NCBI RefSeq assembly: GCF_026571515.1
Contig: NW_026864013.1
Coordinates: 1 to 64,000 of the forward strand
DNA from: Ruditapes philippinarum
Lineage: Eukaryota
DNA: 64,000 bases
Direction: 5' to 3'
Positions within the stretch are counted from its first letter, which is position 1. The number at the start of each line of letters is the position of its first letter. This document shows, piece after piece, positions 50,001 to 63,514 of the stretch. Under the pieces are notes generated by a model that did not search any database, was not told where the DNA came from, and saw only the letters and a list, made by a program, of their open reading frames with translations. Made by a program: the position numbers and the translations under genes.

Positions 50001-51936
50001 TTCTGTTAGAGCCACATTTTCTATGAAGATAAGTTACTTAATTTAAAGCAACATGTATGTAACTCATCTATAAATAAAGTTGACCAATATAATCATTAAT
50101 TTTAATAATGGATTTACATTGTAATATGTTTCTCAATTATCAGTATGATTAGCAGTTTGTTTATATTGATGTACTAGTATTAAATTTGATTGGAAAAAAA
50201 GGTTAAAGCTGCAAGCTTTCAGATGAGCCAAAATATTTCAAGAAAATTACTAAGACTTGAGAAAAATATACTGAAATTTAAGAAAAGAGAAAAAGATTCA
50301 AGATTCAATTAATAATTTACATGTTATTTGCGATTAACACTGATTTTGCAGTACTTATCACCATATTCTGACCTACTGTGTGATTTTGCATACCGGTATT
50401 TTTACCTCTTGTTGGTAATTTACATGGATTGTAAGTGCCACTGGCAATGTGTTGATTACTTTCTTTGTTCACGTCACAATTTATTTCTTTTAAATACATT
50501 TTCAAAATTTTCATAAGATATGTGAATCAAGTTTTCTTCTGCAGTTGATACATAAAAAAATGTTAAATATTAATAATTTATTAAATAACAGTATTTTACT
50601 TACAGAATTGATTTTTTGACTGTTACATGAAACACAAAAAAATGTTTATTGCAGGGTTATGCTTAAGAAGGAAGTTGATAACCTGTTTTCCCGAAAAACA
50701 TAAGGTGAGATTTTTTAAAGAATATCTTGTTTATTGTATTCGAAATTAATCAATATCAAAGATATCAGCAGCATCAATGATTTACTAAGTAAAACAGTTT
50801 CCACACCTGGTAACTACAATGTATTTGGTAATTAGGGTTTTTAAATATTTTAGCAAAACTGCTATAGTTTCATCTTTTCCACTTAATTATAATGTTTTTA
50901 ATTATACCAAAGTAAGTACTTATTTGAACAGAAAATGTAGAAAAAAACTGCGACAGTATCAAGTAACTTCAAGTTATATAACTGTCTGTTTCTCAATAAC
51001 TGCAGTAACATATAGGTAAATAATTATGTTCACACTTTCTTTATTTTCAGCTTGATATTTTTGGTGAAGGAAGGAAGTCATGACACTGCTGATGAAAGTA
51101 CGAAAGTTTATAATCCCAATAATTACCGAAAAACACATAAAAACTTGCATACTTTATATTAAAGTATAAAAAATTTGAGAAATTTTACAGAATTATTTTT
51201 CAACATGAACATTATACAGTCAAGGTTTGATGACATCATGAAGAATAGCACATAATTTTACTTTGCAAAAAGTCATTTAAGATTTATTAACATCATAAGA
51301 TAAGCATTGGAATAAAATTGAAAATTTGTTTTGCTTTACAAGTATAATCAAGTTCTATTTCTTTGTAAACACTTCTATTTTTACATGTGGCTGCACCTGA
51401 CTCTTGAAATGCATGTATCAATTTTGATAAAGAAAATGAGTGTATTTGGGTTATCATGATACAATTTGACATAAGCTAATGTTAAACGATTCATTAGGGT
51501 TCGTAATCCATAGAGTCTGTATTTTCATACACTTGGAATAATTACATAGATATTACATTTACAGTATTGACTATGATAATTATTCTGATTATACACTTTA
51601 CCTGGAGAGATTTATACTTACTGTTACAGTCATACAAGCAATTAACATCTAATTAGTAATTTCATATATGAATTATATATTGTGATATAGAAAGTTATTT
51701 ATGTACTTATTAATCATAACTGAAAAGGAAATTCCTCAAGTTTGCACAACTCTGCAACCTAATATAAATTGAAAATGTAACATTTAATAAGTTTGAAATG
51801 AGCACTTAATTTTTAACTTTTTTTTTCAGTTAATAAACAAATCAATGACAAGGAGAGAATAGCAGCAGCAATGGAGAACCCAAATCTACGAGATCTTGTG
51901 GAAAAATGTATAAATGACGAGGGAGGTTATGGATAA
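47022..51936 (+). CDS. CIAO2A: Cytosolic iron-sulfur assembly component 2A (FAM96A/MIP18 family)
   Basis: Exons 47022-47208, 49678-49842, 50655-50704, 51051-51097, 51830-51936. Protein: [82 protein letters not shown]. Exon 4 carries one extra base as given. Confidence 0.93.
47306..47994. mobile_element. MULE-like MITE in CIAO2A intron 1
   Basis: 34-bp TIR GGTCGGTCTATTTACCCCAAGACACCCCAAGACT; imperfect 9-bp flanks GTCTGTCTC/CTCTGACTC. Confidence 0.75.
49108..49627. mobile_element. hAT/P-like MITE, 8-bp TSD CTTCTAGT
   Basis: TAAGGCCCCCAA...TTGGAGCCTTA; TSD at 49100-07 and 49628-35; ends 50 bp before CIAO2A exon 2. Confidence 0.8.
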
Positions 51937-52594
51937 ACTATTAAATTAGATAATGTAAAAACAATATTCTAACAACTACAAATGGATCCTGATTCCTGTG
52001 CCAAATTATCTCAAACTTCCAAACATAATTATATTATAAAACATCAACAATAACAACAATCAGAGTATCAGTTATTGTCTAATAATGGTGGAGACAATAT
52101 ACTTAGGCCAAGGAGCATTTGTGTGTAATAATAATACGTATTAAAATGTGCAATTAATGACATGGTTTAGTGCAAATGGAGAATTATATCCATATACAAT
52201 GAATTTAGTGAAGTTTAGGCTCTTCTATTAAGCTTCACAGACATGGTTTACATTGTACAACAACTTTGTTCATCCAAAAAGATTGCTTGATTTTTGCTAT
52301 CATTGGCTATAACTTTGTTATGTATGAATGGTTGTCTTCATACTTGAACGCAACAATCGTTTGGACACGACCTTCAACTAGACCAAATTGATTATGACCT
52401 TAGCTCATCGGTGACCTTGACCTTGAAGGTCAAATAAATGAATATTGCTTGATTTTTGCTACAATTGGCTATAATTTAGTTATTTTTTGAATAGATTGTC
52501 GTCATACTTAAACACAACTACCACAAGGACAATGTCTTAAATTTGACCTTGATCTTTAAATGACCTTGAACATGAAGTTATTGTTATTTTTCAG

Positions 52595-54225
52595 TTTTTA
52601 GCTCGACTATTCGTAGAATAATCGAGCTAATGCAGTCACCCATTTGTCGGCGTCGGCGTCGGCGTCCCTGTGGTTAAGTTTTTGTATGTAAGCTGGTATC
52701 TCCATAACTACTGAAGGGAATGGATTGAAACTTCACACACTTGTTTTCTGTGATTATTTAAGATGATTGGCACAAGTCCCATGACTCTGATTTGCTTTTT
52801 TACATAATTATGCCCCTTTTTCGACTTAGAAATTCTTGGTTAAGTTTTTGTATGTAAGCTGGTATCTCCATAACTACTGAAGGGAATGGATTGAAACTTC
52901 ACACACTTGTTCTCTGTGATTATCTTAGATGATTGGCACAAGTCCCATAACTCTTACTTGCTTTTTTACATAATTATGCCCCTTTTTCGACTAAGAAATT
53001 CTTGGTTAAGTTTTTGTATGTAAGCTGGTATCTCCATAACTACCGAAGGGAATGGATTGAAACTTCAAACACTTGTTCTCTGTGATTATCTAAGATGATT
53101 GGCACAAGTCCCATAACTCTGATTTGCTTTTTTTACATAATTATGCCCTTTTTCGACTTAGAAATTCTTGGTTAAGTTTTTTGTGTGTAAGCTGGTATCT
53201 CCATAACTACTGAAGGGAATGGATTGAAACTTCACACACTTGTTCTCTGTGATTATCTTAGATGATTGGCACAAGTCCCATAACTCTGATTTGCTTTTTT
53301 ACATAATTATGCCCCTTTTTTCGACTTAGAAATTCTTGGTTAAGTTTTTGCGTGTAAGCTGGTATCTCCATAACTACTGAAGGGAATGGATTGAAACTTC
53401 ACACACTTGTTCTCTTGCGATTATCTTAGATGATTGGCACAAGTCCCATAACTCTGATTTGCTTTTTTACATAATAATGCCCCTTTTTCGACTTAGAAAT
53501 TCTTGGTTAAGTTTTGTATGTAAGCTGGTATCTCCATAACTACTGAAGGGAATGGATTGAAACTTCATACACTTGTTCTCTGTGATTATCTAAGATGATT
53601 GGCACAAGTCCCATAACTCTGATTTGCTTTTTTACATAATTATGCCCCTTGTTCGACTTAGAAATTCTTGGTTAAGTTTTTGCGTGTAAGCTGGTATCTC
53701 CATAACTACTGAAGGGAGTGGATTGAAACTTCACACACTTGTTCTCTGTGATTATCTAAGATGATTGGCACAAGTCCCATAACTCTGATTTGCTTTTTTG
53801 CATAATTATGCCCCTTTTTTATCTTAGAAAATCTTGGTTAAGTTTTTGCGTGTAAGCTGGTATCTCCATAACTACTGAAGGAAATGGATTGAAACTTCAC
53901 ACACTTGGTCTCTGTGATTTTTTAAGATGATTGGCACAAGTCCCATAACTCTGATTTACTTTTTCGCATAATTTTTCCCCTTTTTTTCGATTCATAAATT
54001 CGTGGTTAAGTTTTTGTGTGTAAGCTGGTATCTCCATAACTACTGAAGGGAATGGATTGAAACTTCACACACTTGTTCTCTGTGATTGTATTGAAACTTG
54101 AAGGGTTTGTACCTTTTCGTACAATTTTATGTATTCATATAGGTAAGCATTATTATACTCAATGAAACACCCTTGTGACAAATTTTCGAATAGTCGAGCG
54201 TTACTGTCCTCCGACAGTTCTTGTT
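52595..54225 (+). mobile_element. HINE-type element with ~8.5 x ~166-bp units
   Basis: 5' TTTTTAGCTCGACTATTCG, (CGGCGT)n, GGTTAAGTTTTTG every 165-168 bp, 3' GAATAGTCGAGCG..CTGTCCTCCGACAG.TCTTGTT. Nested in an older element (~52230-55010). Confidence 0.92.
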
Positions 54226-56754
54226 TTGTTATAATTGGCTATAACTTTATAATTAATGAATATATTGTCTTCGAGATTGTGCAAAATGTTAAAGAAAATT
54301 TAATTGAACTTGACTTTCATTGACCATGACACTTGAAGTCAAATTTGTGAATTTTGATGCGTAAGTTTGCAAAATTTGTTATTTATTTATGGATTTGATT
54401 TATACTTGGACAAAAGAACCGATATGACAAAACCCGTATGATGAATAATTCTTTTTTGACCTTGACCATCAAGGTCAAATTATTGAAATTTGCATAAATT
54501 GTCAAAACTTTGTTATTTATTTATAGATTTGATTCATTTTTTGACAGAAGAATTGATATGACAAAACTGACATGTTTAAATTATCTGATATGACCAGATA
54601 TAGACAAATAAAATTTTTTAAAGAATGCTCAAATAGAGACAAATTGAAAATGTGGCAGGCTCGCTTTGATTGAGCTTGTTCATTGACTACAGACATAGTG
54701 GTAATTGCAAGCTACTGCCCATGCCCCCATGCACCGGCTTAAGTAGAATTCAACATTTAAACATGATAATTGTGAGAACTTGAATTTGAAAACATCCACA
54801 GATGTGTTTATATGGCAGTATTCATCGAACCTGACAAAACTGACATAAGAGTAATTCAAATTTGACCTCGATTTTTAAATGACCTTGACTGTCAAATTTG
54901 TTGCATAAAAAATTGTTTGTAGGAAATCTATAATATTCTACCTCTGATGTGTTTGACTTTAGAAATAAGAAAAAGCTGGGACTGGCACCCGCTGGGTCCT
55001 GGCTCTTGTTATATTGATAATAGTTTCAATATAGTATGGTATAAATGATGTACAAACATGTCTTGATTCTTAACTTGAACAGCACCTTTCAAACTACATG
55101 TTAAAATGTTTTGACATTTTCTCTGTAAGTCATAATAATTATTTACTATTTAAAGATTGATTTAGCTCTAATTATGCTCAATTCAAGACAATTGCTTTTG
55201 TATTTTTCAAGCTTTTCAAAGGTAATAGGGCTGTTTAGCTCACTTCAAAATTAATAATTTTGTCTTTTAAGGTATGTCATTCTATCTGTGATATGAAAAT
55301 TTATAATATAATGTATGATATAATAAACTTTAATTATTGTAGCATGATTTGTATTTTTTGTAATAACCAGAATTATCATGTTTATATAGATGTAAACACT
55401 AGTATTGTTCATAAACTAGTATTGAAATGAATGCATGGTTTTGATTGGTTAAAATAGTTCTCTTGATAAAAGATTGCAAAATTCCATTAAAGGCATAAGA
55501 AACAAATAAAGTTTTCATCTTTAGAAAAGGGCAAACATGGTTTTAGAGAATGTTAGATGCTCATTTAAAAAGTAGTGATAAATGTGAAATAAATTATCAT
55601 CAGAGTAGCTAAATGTAAACAAAATACTATTTTGACTTCCATATAAAATACTATTTCACTATAACTGTACTTATAATTGCCAAAAACCAACAAATAAAAA
55701 GAAGGTTAAGGATAATGGTTAATGAGTTACTTTTTGGATAGTATAAAAGAACACCAAAATGAAAAAGCTGTTGAGAAAATAAAAGCATTTCTGAGTTATA
55801 ATGAGCCTTGAAGACTTTCAGAATACTTCAGTTTATTAATTTTGTTGTTTCATTAATTTTGTAAACCACTGATTATCAGCATGAAAGATATAAAGTACCA
55901 CTACATGAGACTAAGAGTTTTATACCATCACATAAAAAGACAGAGTATATAGGGATGCGCGGGGTGCGTGGATGGTTCATACATACACATGCCACCTGAT
56001 GGTTGTCAAATCACTATCTTGATAAAAAAAAGCCCTGGTTTATGCAACTTGGTAGGAACCTGCCCCATATTGATTTTCAGGTCAAAGGCACAAGAGCAAA
56101 ATATTGACCTTCAAAGAGCAATTACTATTGTAATGGTCCTAAAAATGTTTGTCTAGAAAAAAATGTATTTCTGGGAACAATTTTAGCTTGATAATTGGTC
56201 AACACACTTGTAACATCAAGCTCAGTAAATGTATTATAAATTATACACAGACCTGAACATCTGGTTCCAGATACATGTTGCTGTTTACTGTAGTGTTAGC
56301 AAGGCTTTTTGTGTTTAAATGTTGAATTCTGCTTAAGCCATTGCTAGGAAGCATGGACAGTACTTTGCTTTTCCAGTACTGTACATGTACAGACTCAATC
56401 AAACAATATTTACAATTTTGTCATTTTGGGCGTTTTTTAGGGATTATGTTTTTCTTTATATGAACACAGAAGAAAAAATAACACTAAAACTATCAAAATA
56501 ATTACCTGTGTAGTTCTCTGCCAAGAGCTATAGGTTTTCAAACGTTTGCATTCACAACCTTGGGTGTTCCAGTAAAACAAAGAATTGGTTGTTCCAAAAA
56601 ATTATTGAATAGCTAAATATTCAAGGGCTTCCTTCTTTAACCTCTTCAGTCCAAAATGGTCAGCATCCATTTTCTAGCCAGTGTTTCAAATCAAAAGAAA
56701 CCTTTGCGCTCTTATACTGTGGTAGATCAACTGTTGGTTTCAGATCATTCCTGA

Positions 56755-58040
56755 ATTATATAAATTAAAAATTAAATTAAAATTGAAATTAAAATTAAAT
56801 TGAAATTATATTAAAACTATATTAAAACTATATAAAATTAAATTAAAAGAAGGTAATGTAACAGTAATAGAAATGAAACTGAAAATTTAACAACAAAAAC
56901 ATAAACAGAACAGTAACTATAACCAGAACAATAATAGGAACAGTAACTATAACCAGAACAATAACAGGAACAGTAACTATAACCAGAACAATAACAGGAA
57001 CAGAAACTATAACTGGAACAGTAACTATAACCAGAACAATAACAGGAACAGTAACTATAACCAGAAAAATAACAGGAACAGTAACTATAACCAGAACAGG
57101 AACTATAACCAGAACAATAACAGGACCAGTAACTATAACCGGAACAGTAACTATAACCAGAACAGGAACAGTAACTATAACCAGAACAATAACAGGAAAA
57201 GTAACTATAACCTGAACAATAATGGGAACTATAACCAGAACAATAACGGGAACAGTAGCTTCAACTGGAACAGTAACTATAACTGGAACAATAACAGGAA
57301 CATTTACTATAACGGGAACAATAACAGGAACAGTAACTATAACCAGAACAATAACAGGAACAGTAACTATAACCAGAACAATAACAAGAACAGTAAACCA
57401 GAACAATAACTGGAACAGTAACAATAACTTGAACAATAACATGGCAGTAACAAATAACAGGGAAATGACAGAACAGTAACAGTAAAGTAACTATAAAAAT
57501 AACTGGAACAGTAACAGAATAGTAACAGGAACAATACTAGGAACAGTAACAATAACTTGAATAGTAACAGAACAGTATAACAGTAAACTAATTATAACAG
57601 GAACAGTAACAATAACAGGAACAGTAACAATAACTTGAACAGTAACTAAACAGTAACAGTAAACTAATTATAACAGGAACAGTAACAATAACAGGAACAG
57701 TAAATTAATTATAACAGTTAGTAACAGAAACAGTAATAGTTAATTATAAGTAACAGGAACAATAACAGAACAGTAACTATAACTGGAATAATAACAGGAA
57801 CAGTAACAATAACCAGAACAGTAAAAATAACTTAAACAATAACAGAACAGTAACAGTAAAGTAACTATAACAGGAACAGTAAAGTAACTGTAACATTTAG
57901 TAACAGAAACAGTAACAATAACAGAACAATAAAGTAACAATAACAGTATAGTAACAGGAAAAATAACAGAACTGTAAAGTAACTATAACAGTAAAATAAC
58001 TGAAACAATAACAGAACAGTAACAGTAAAGTAAAAATAAA
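56755..58040. repeat. Low-complexity satellite: (AAATT)n then AACAGTAACTATAACCAGAACAATAACAGG-type repeats
   Basis: Built from 6-bp subunits (AACAGT/AACTAT/AACCAG/AACAAT/AACAGG). Confidence 0.9.
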
Positions 58041-59656
58041 ATATGTAACAGTATATTCATTTAATATAAAATATGAAACTTACTTTGTATTGAGGATTTG
58101 GGTCCTAATCATACATTTCTGGGATGTTTCATTTTCTAGCAAAGAGTTGTTGACACTTCCCATACACTTATAGCTAGATTAGGTAATAACAGAACATCTG
58201 ATTTACTTGAGCATTTTTATGTATGTGCTCCCTAAGACAAGCACTTCTTCCAGCTAAAGACTGTCTTATATTCTTTGCGTGTCACTATCTTTTTAAAACT
58301 CTCTTCAACAACATTAAAATTCGAAACAGGGTTTCTATTTTTCAGTTCTACATAAGTTGCTGACTGAATGTAACTGTACTTGATGACTGATATACAAACT
58401 TATAAATTAGCCAACTGTGAAATCAACTTTAGTGATTGAAAATTTAGATAAAGCAGTAAATGCACAAATAATACCATTTAGTACTACAGCATAAATTTAA
58501 AGGGCCTTCCCCAAAAGGGGTGAAATTAATCTCTACTCTTCCAACTCGTATTCACCCCAAAGTATACCCTTATTGGCAAGTGGTCATCAAATTGATTGTT
58601 TATAAAACATTTTCCAGGAAAGTCCTGGCTAACATTGACCCTGTGAGGGGCATGATTAACATCAATTTTGCAGAGGTTCACATGCTAAATATCTTAGCTC
58701 TATTAGCATTTATTTGTACATGTAGATTCGCAAAATAAGACCGAAATGTGTTTTCTCATACAAGACTAATTCAATTAAGTGACCTCAGCAGGCAAGCCAA
58801 TATTGACCCAAGGGGCATGATATTTAAAGTATCAGTTTTGTAAAGCCCAAAAAGGCAATACTCAACATGCATGTGTCAAATTTCTAAACTCTATGCATTG
58901 TAGTTTCACCAAAATAAGACTATACAAAACCATATTAACTTATTGATCCATAGGGTGAGGCAATAGTGAGACATTTAGGGGCATGATTAATACCAGTTAT
59001 TATGTGGTCTACAAAGTGATGTTACATGCCAAATATCTAAGCTGTGGACATCATAGTTTCACACAAAAATTCTCAGATGTCTTTTTCCTAAATAAGTTTA
59101 TATAAATCAAGTCAAACCTATTTAACAAAGGGGCATAATTCATATTAGTTATGTAAAGATCAATTAGGCAATACTGCATGCTGAATATCTATGCTCTAAA
59201 CATTGTAGTTTCACACAATGAAATTGTAAATCCTGGGGCATAGCCAATTTTGATCTTTAAAGGTAGCTCTAACCTTATTTCTGCACATCGTCTCATTATA
59301 AGTAGTTTTTCTGGCAAAAAGTTTAATTTAGCTCTATCGGTTCAAAAGATAAAGAGTGGACACAAAATTTTGAAACTGATACAAAATGTCACTTAGTGTG
59401 ACCTTTAAATAAGGGGGTCAAAATGCCTCAAAGGGAGAATCCCCTTTATTATATGCCCTATAATTTTAGTAGAGGGGCCCCAAACAATGCTTTTTCATAA
59501 CATTAAAATTCAGCCACACTAAAATTTAAAAGTGTTTTTTTGTACACCTATGTAAAGTTAGTGACCCCTAAAGAGAAGAAAAATTTTGACCCCACAGAAA
59601 TGATTAAAAAAAAAATATTTGAAGACGACTGCAAAGCAAATGCTACATGCCAATTT

Positions 59657-59877
59657 ACCGCCTCCGTGGTCGAGGGGTTAGAGTCGATGACTTCTAATCC
59701 AATTACCTCTCTGGCGTGGGTTCGATCCCTGGGAGATGCTTTGGTAGTTTAGCGCGGAGGAAGGTAGTTTAGTACTGGTGTAACTCTCCAGGAACGATGG
59801 TTAGGAAACTACCCGCCTATATGACTGAAAAACTGTTGGAAAAAGGCATAAAATGAAACAAACAAACAAATAAACAA
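59657..59877 (+). mobile_element. tRNA-derived SINE, 12-bp TSD ACATGCCAATTT
   Basis: A box GTGGTCGAGGGG, B box GGTTCGATCCC, (AAAC)n tail; TSD at 59645-56 and 59878-89. Confidence 0.88.
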
Positions 59878-60724
59878 ACATGCCAATTTTCTCTGGACAT
59901 TTTAGTTTCTGAATAGAAAATTTTTCATTCATTTGCTTTTAACTTGTCAAAATGGGTATTTCTTACTAATTTTCCAATAACAACTGACAACTGTTTTTGA
60001 CAATCTCTAACCTGACTAGTGTTTTTGAAATATTTCATGAATAACTCACGTTTATGGGACACAGACTATCGTAAATTGGAATCAAATTGTAAAAGTCAAT
60101 TTTGAAATTATTCTTATACATGTTTATCAATACATAAGTATCAGAGGCTTGTGAAATATGGCTTTCTTCAACTTGTTTGGTAGGTTTAGTGTTGAATAAT
60201 ATCCTCTACGTAAAAATTTGTATATGATCACAACTCTTAAATTATAAAATAATGTATATTTAATTTATCAAATGAACCAAATGAAAAAGATAACAAACCA
60301 GTTTTATTGGAGTGAATGATTTACTGAGACATATAGACATATACAATATACATTAGAAATCCTTACATTTAAAGCAATTTATTTCTCAAAAATATATCAA
60401 TCTTCTTACATTCAAGGAAGGTTACTACCATATTCAACTTGTTGGTATTACATACTTTGCACTAAAGTATGTTACACAATCATGTCTATGTATTAAATCA
60501 TATCATTGTCTGTGAGATACAATTTGTGATTTAAATTTTCTTTTTGAAACGGTATAAAGCTATATCTTAATATGAAATATTTTTTATAAAATATATCAAC
60601 AGTAAAATTATATTGATAGATCCCTACTCTGACCTTTTATTTAAATAACAACAGATTTAACAACAAACTTTTGTTATCAAATATGTTGTGGTGAAATTCT
60701 TACTGCATCCACTAATCTGATAAT

Positions 60725-60908
60725 TAGTTGCGGCATGGTTAAGTGGTTAACACTTCGGACTAGTAATCTAATAAGGATTGCTGACCGTGGTTCAAACCCT
60801 GTCAGGGGCAAGCCGTTGTTTCCTTGAGCAAGAAACTTTACTTTCAGTAAAGTGTTTCAATAAGCTTATATCTTCCTACATAATCCAACTAAAATAAATT
60901 AAGTATAA
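60725..60908 (+). mobile_element. tRNA-derived CORE-like SINE, 14-bp TSD ACTAATCTGATAAT
   Basis: A box TGGTTAAGTGG, B box GGTTCAAACCC, CORE-like TCCTTGAGCAAGAAACTT; TSD at 60711-24 and 60909-22. Confidence 0.85.
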
Positions 60909-62414
60909 ACTAATCTGATAATCAGAATTAGAGAAGTCAGCGATGTATGCATTGATTTCATAATCATATGGTTGATTCTTGAGTTGTAACATACAATGTC
61001 TCTGTTAGTTAACACACATGAATATTGTACGCAAATAGAATAAAATGTTCTGGAACAAAATATCATTCTGGTATTTTAGGTAGGGTTTCATTTGTTTAGC
61101 AGTGATCTTGTGCATGCGCCGGCAATAATCACTACAATATATTTATTTCATACAAGCATTTTGGGAGAATTCGGTTTTTTTTAAAATTCAAACAAATTTT
61201 TTTCAGTAGATATATAGCTTTATACACTTTAACAATATGTCAGTATTGTAAAAACCTTAAGATATTCATGAATATGTGCAATATAATCAGCAAAACTTCT
61301 GTATATATTATGGCAAAACATACTTATAAAATTAAATCATAACAAAATATAACAGAACATAGTAGTAACTATGTATACATGTATTAGTAACTATGAAAAT
61401 AATGTATACACTGTTACACATATAAATAATATTGATTCAAAACAGAGACTACATAAACATGTGTATTAACAAATTTATCAACAGTCACACATGGCATTTA
61501 TGAGTGTAGGACAAAAGCCCCCCCCCCCCATTTATATTTCTATGAGGAAAATATTTTCAACACCTGGTTTAGCAATAACCATTAAACAAATCTTACAGAA
61601 ATTATTTGTTTTAAAGGTACTTCACAACATAAAATTTAAAAATTCTAAAAAGATTGACTGGGCCACTTAAACAGAGAAATATGAAAAAATATAACAATAA
61701 TACTCATAACTAAATTGGAAATCAATATCAAGTGTGATTTTTAGCTTGATTCCAGTTAAAAGTTAAAATTTTCATTTTCAGCTCATTTTACACAGTTAAA
61801 TTGATTTTTCCGGAAAAAGAAGTGATCAACTGATCTGAAATTTTGCACACAGGTTTTTGGTATAGACCAAGAAAATCAAGTTCATTGTTAAATCTGGTCC
61901 AATACAACTTTACTACCAAAAATGTACAATGAGATTTAAAGTCTGAACATTATAAATGTTATACACATGGTACTGATCAGTTACGAAAATCTTAATTATG
62001 ACATAATAGGGAAATAGCCAGAAAATGACACAGATGACATGATTGAGTGTCAAAAGATATAAAATGATGAAAGCAAACAACCAATAACATGTCAAGGCTA
62101 GTAAGGATTAGATGTCTCAGGCCACATAATTAAAAGATTATGTGCTAAAACAAGTTGGTGGTTTCATAGATGATAGTAAAAATGGGAAAAATAACCGAAA
62201 TGAAATGTAGATAAGCACTAAGCAGCTCCTATATACTCCATTGAAATAATATCTATGCATATCAAAATGTGAAAAATAAGGCATTTTGTAGCAATTACTA
62301 GTAAAACTTAATGGATGAAAATTTGATCCTTTAATTGTATACACCATTTGATCTATTGCTGCATGTTAAAATATTGATAACTTTAATTGATGCCTTTCAC
62401 TTAAAAAGGTGTTA

Positions 62415-62575
62415 AGTCTGATCAGGATCCATTCTGTTCGCTATCAGTTTCTCTACTTGTAATAGAGTTGGTAAGCGAACAGCATGGATCCTGATCAGAC
62501 TGCGCGGATGCGCAGGCTGGTCTGGATCCATGCTGGTCGCAAACACACTATGTTGGTTTTGTCGTGACACGGCTC
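62415..62575. mobile_element. Sola-like MITE, partial copy just downstream of the C3orf38-like stop codon
   Basis: Same family as 35378-35612; ends CGGCTC followed by AAAT. Confidence 0.8.
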
Positions 62576-62626
62576 AAATTAATTAAACTACGATAAATAC
62601 AATATGTACATTGTACATTATCCGAC

Positions 62627-63514
62627 TTATACAGCCACTAGGGCCATTATTTGGCTGTCAAGATTACCTTCAAGTTTAGGCATGCCTGTTGGTTTTGATG
62701 TTTTAACATCAAGTTTAATCATTTTAATTTTCCAATTATTATCAAAACGAGGGTCTTTAACAATACCAAACACTTGTTGGAATATGCCTAAACATTCATT
62801 GTGTCGATGTAGAGTTCCACATACAAGAATCATCACAAGCCCATGTTGGTTTGATTTCACATAAATTCCTTCACGAGTTAAATTCGGGTTAAATAAAACT
62901 TGCTCTTCTTTTGAGAATGCTAGAAATCTTTGAGATACTAGAATAGGTCCTTCAAACTTCTCCACGTTAGGTTCCGGTGTACAGGAGTTCAGTAAAAGAT
63001 ACGCATCATCCCAGAAATGATGTGGTCCAAAGTCTTCTGGCGCTTTTTGCATACTAGGACAATTTGAATTCAAAGTGTTGAAAAACCATTCAGCAAATTT
63101 TTCACCTAAAGTTTGAAATTCTGAGCTAACTACTTGTGATGATAATTTATCTACATTATTTGAATTAACAATACCTGGAACACTGCTACCTGGATGGATA
63201 CAGTGTTGATTATTCAAGTCGAGTAAAGCACTTTGACCTTGTGCTGTTTGAGATGTGTTCTGTGGAGAGCTGGTTCCCGCATGAACATTTGTAACATTAA
63301 CAGACGGATTAACTTGAAAATTATAGTGAATATGCTGGTTCCCTTGACCCTGAGCTCCTCCTGGCTGTGACTGGTTCCTTGAATTGAGTGGCTGATTAAT
63401 ATCTTCTAAATCTAATGACTGGTGCCCAGCATCCTGAAGGGTTTGAGCAGAGGTTGAAGTCTGGTTCCTAGCTTTTGTATTTGTTGGTTTGTCTTCATCA
63501 AGATCTATGTCCAT
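62627..63514 (-). CDS. C3orf38: C3orf38-like (DUF4518) protein, terminal exon
   Basis: LGEKFAEWFF..LNS..FGPHHFWDDA..NPNL..G..GLV..VCGTLH..CLGIFQQVFGIVKDP..NNWKIK. A TTTATAG acceptor lies directly before 63514, so upstream exons are probably outside the window. Confidence 0.8.
   Translation of the reverse strand: MDIDLDEDKPTNTKARNQTSTSAQTLQDAGHQSLDLEDINQPLNSRNQSQPGGAQGQGNQHIHYNFQVNPSVNVTNVHAGTSSPQNTSQTAQGQSALLDLNNQHCIHPGSSVPGIVNSNNVDKLSSQVVSSEFQTLGEKFAEWFFNTLNSNCPSMQKAPEDFGPHHFWDDAYLLLNSCTPEPNVEKFEGPILVSQRFLAFSKEEQVLFNPNLTREGIYVKSNQHGLVMILVCGTLHRHNECLGIFQQVFGIVKDPRFDNNWKIKMIKLDVKTSKPTGMPKLEGNLDSQIMALVAV

Noticed and set aside
35230-51936. NDUFS4 + CIAO2A as a functional Fe-S gene cluster
   Set aside because: NDUFS4 is an accessory subunit that binds no Fe-S cluster and CIAO2A is cytosolic; adjacency alone shows no shared pathway.
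52670-54090. Regular arrays as possible CRISPR (also 36180-36965 and 41640-41830)
   Set aside because: Whole units repeat with no unique spacers, there are no cas genes, and the context is eukaryotic.
56843-57552. Val/Ile/Thr-rich ORFs (199, 85 and 61 aa)
   Set aside because: They come from a simple satellite with 6-bp subunits, open on both strands; no evidence of a gene.
59657-60908. tRNA genes
   Set aside because: The A/B boxes belong to SINE heads with bodies, tails and TSDs; no clean cloverleaf.
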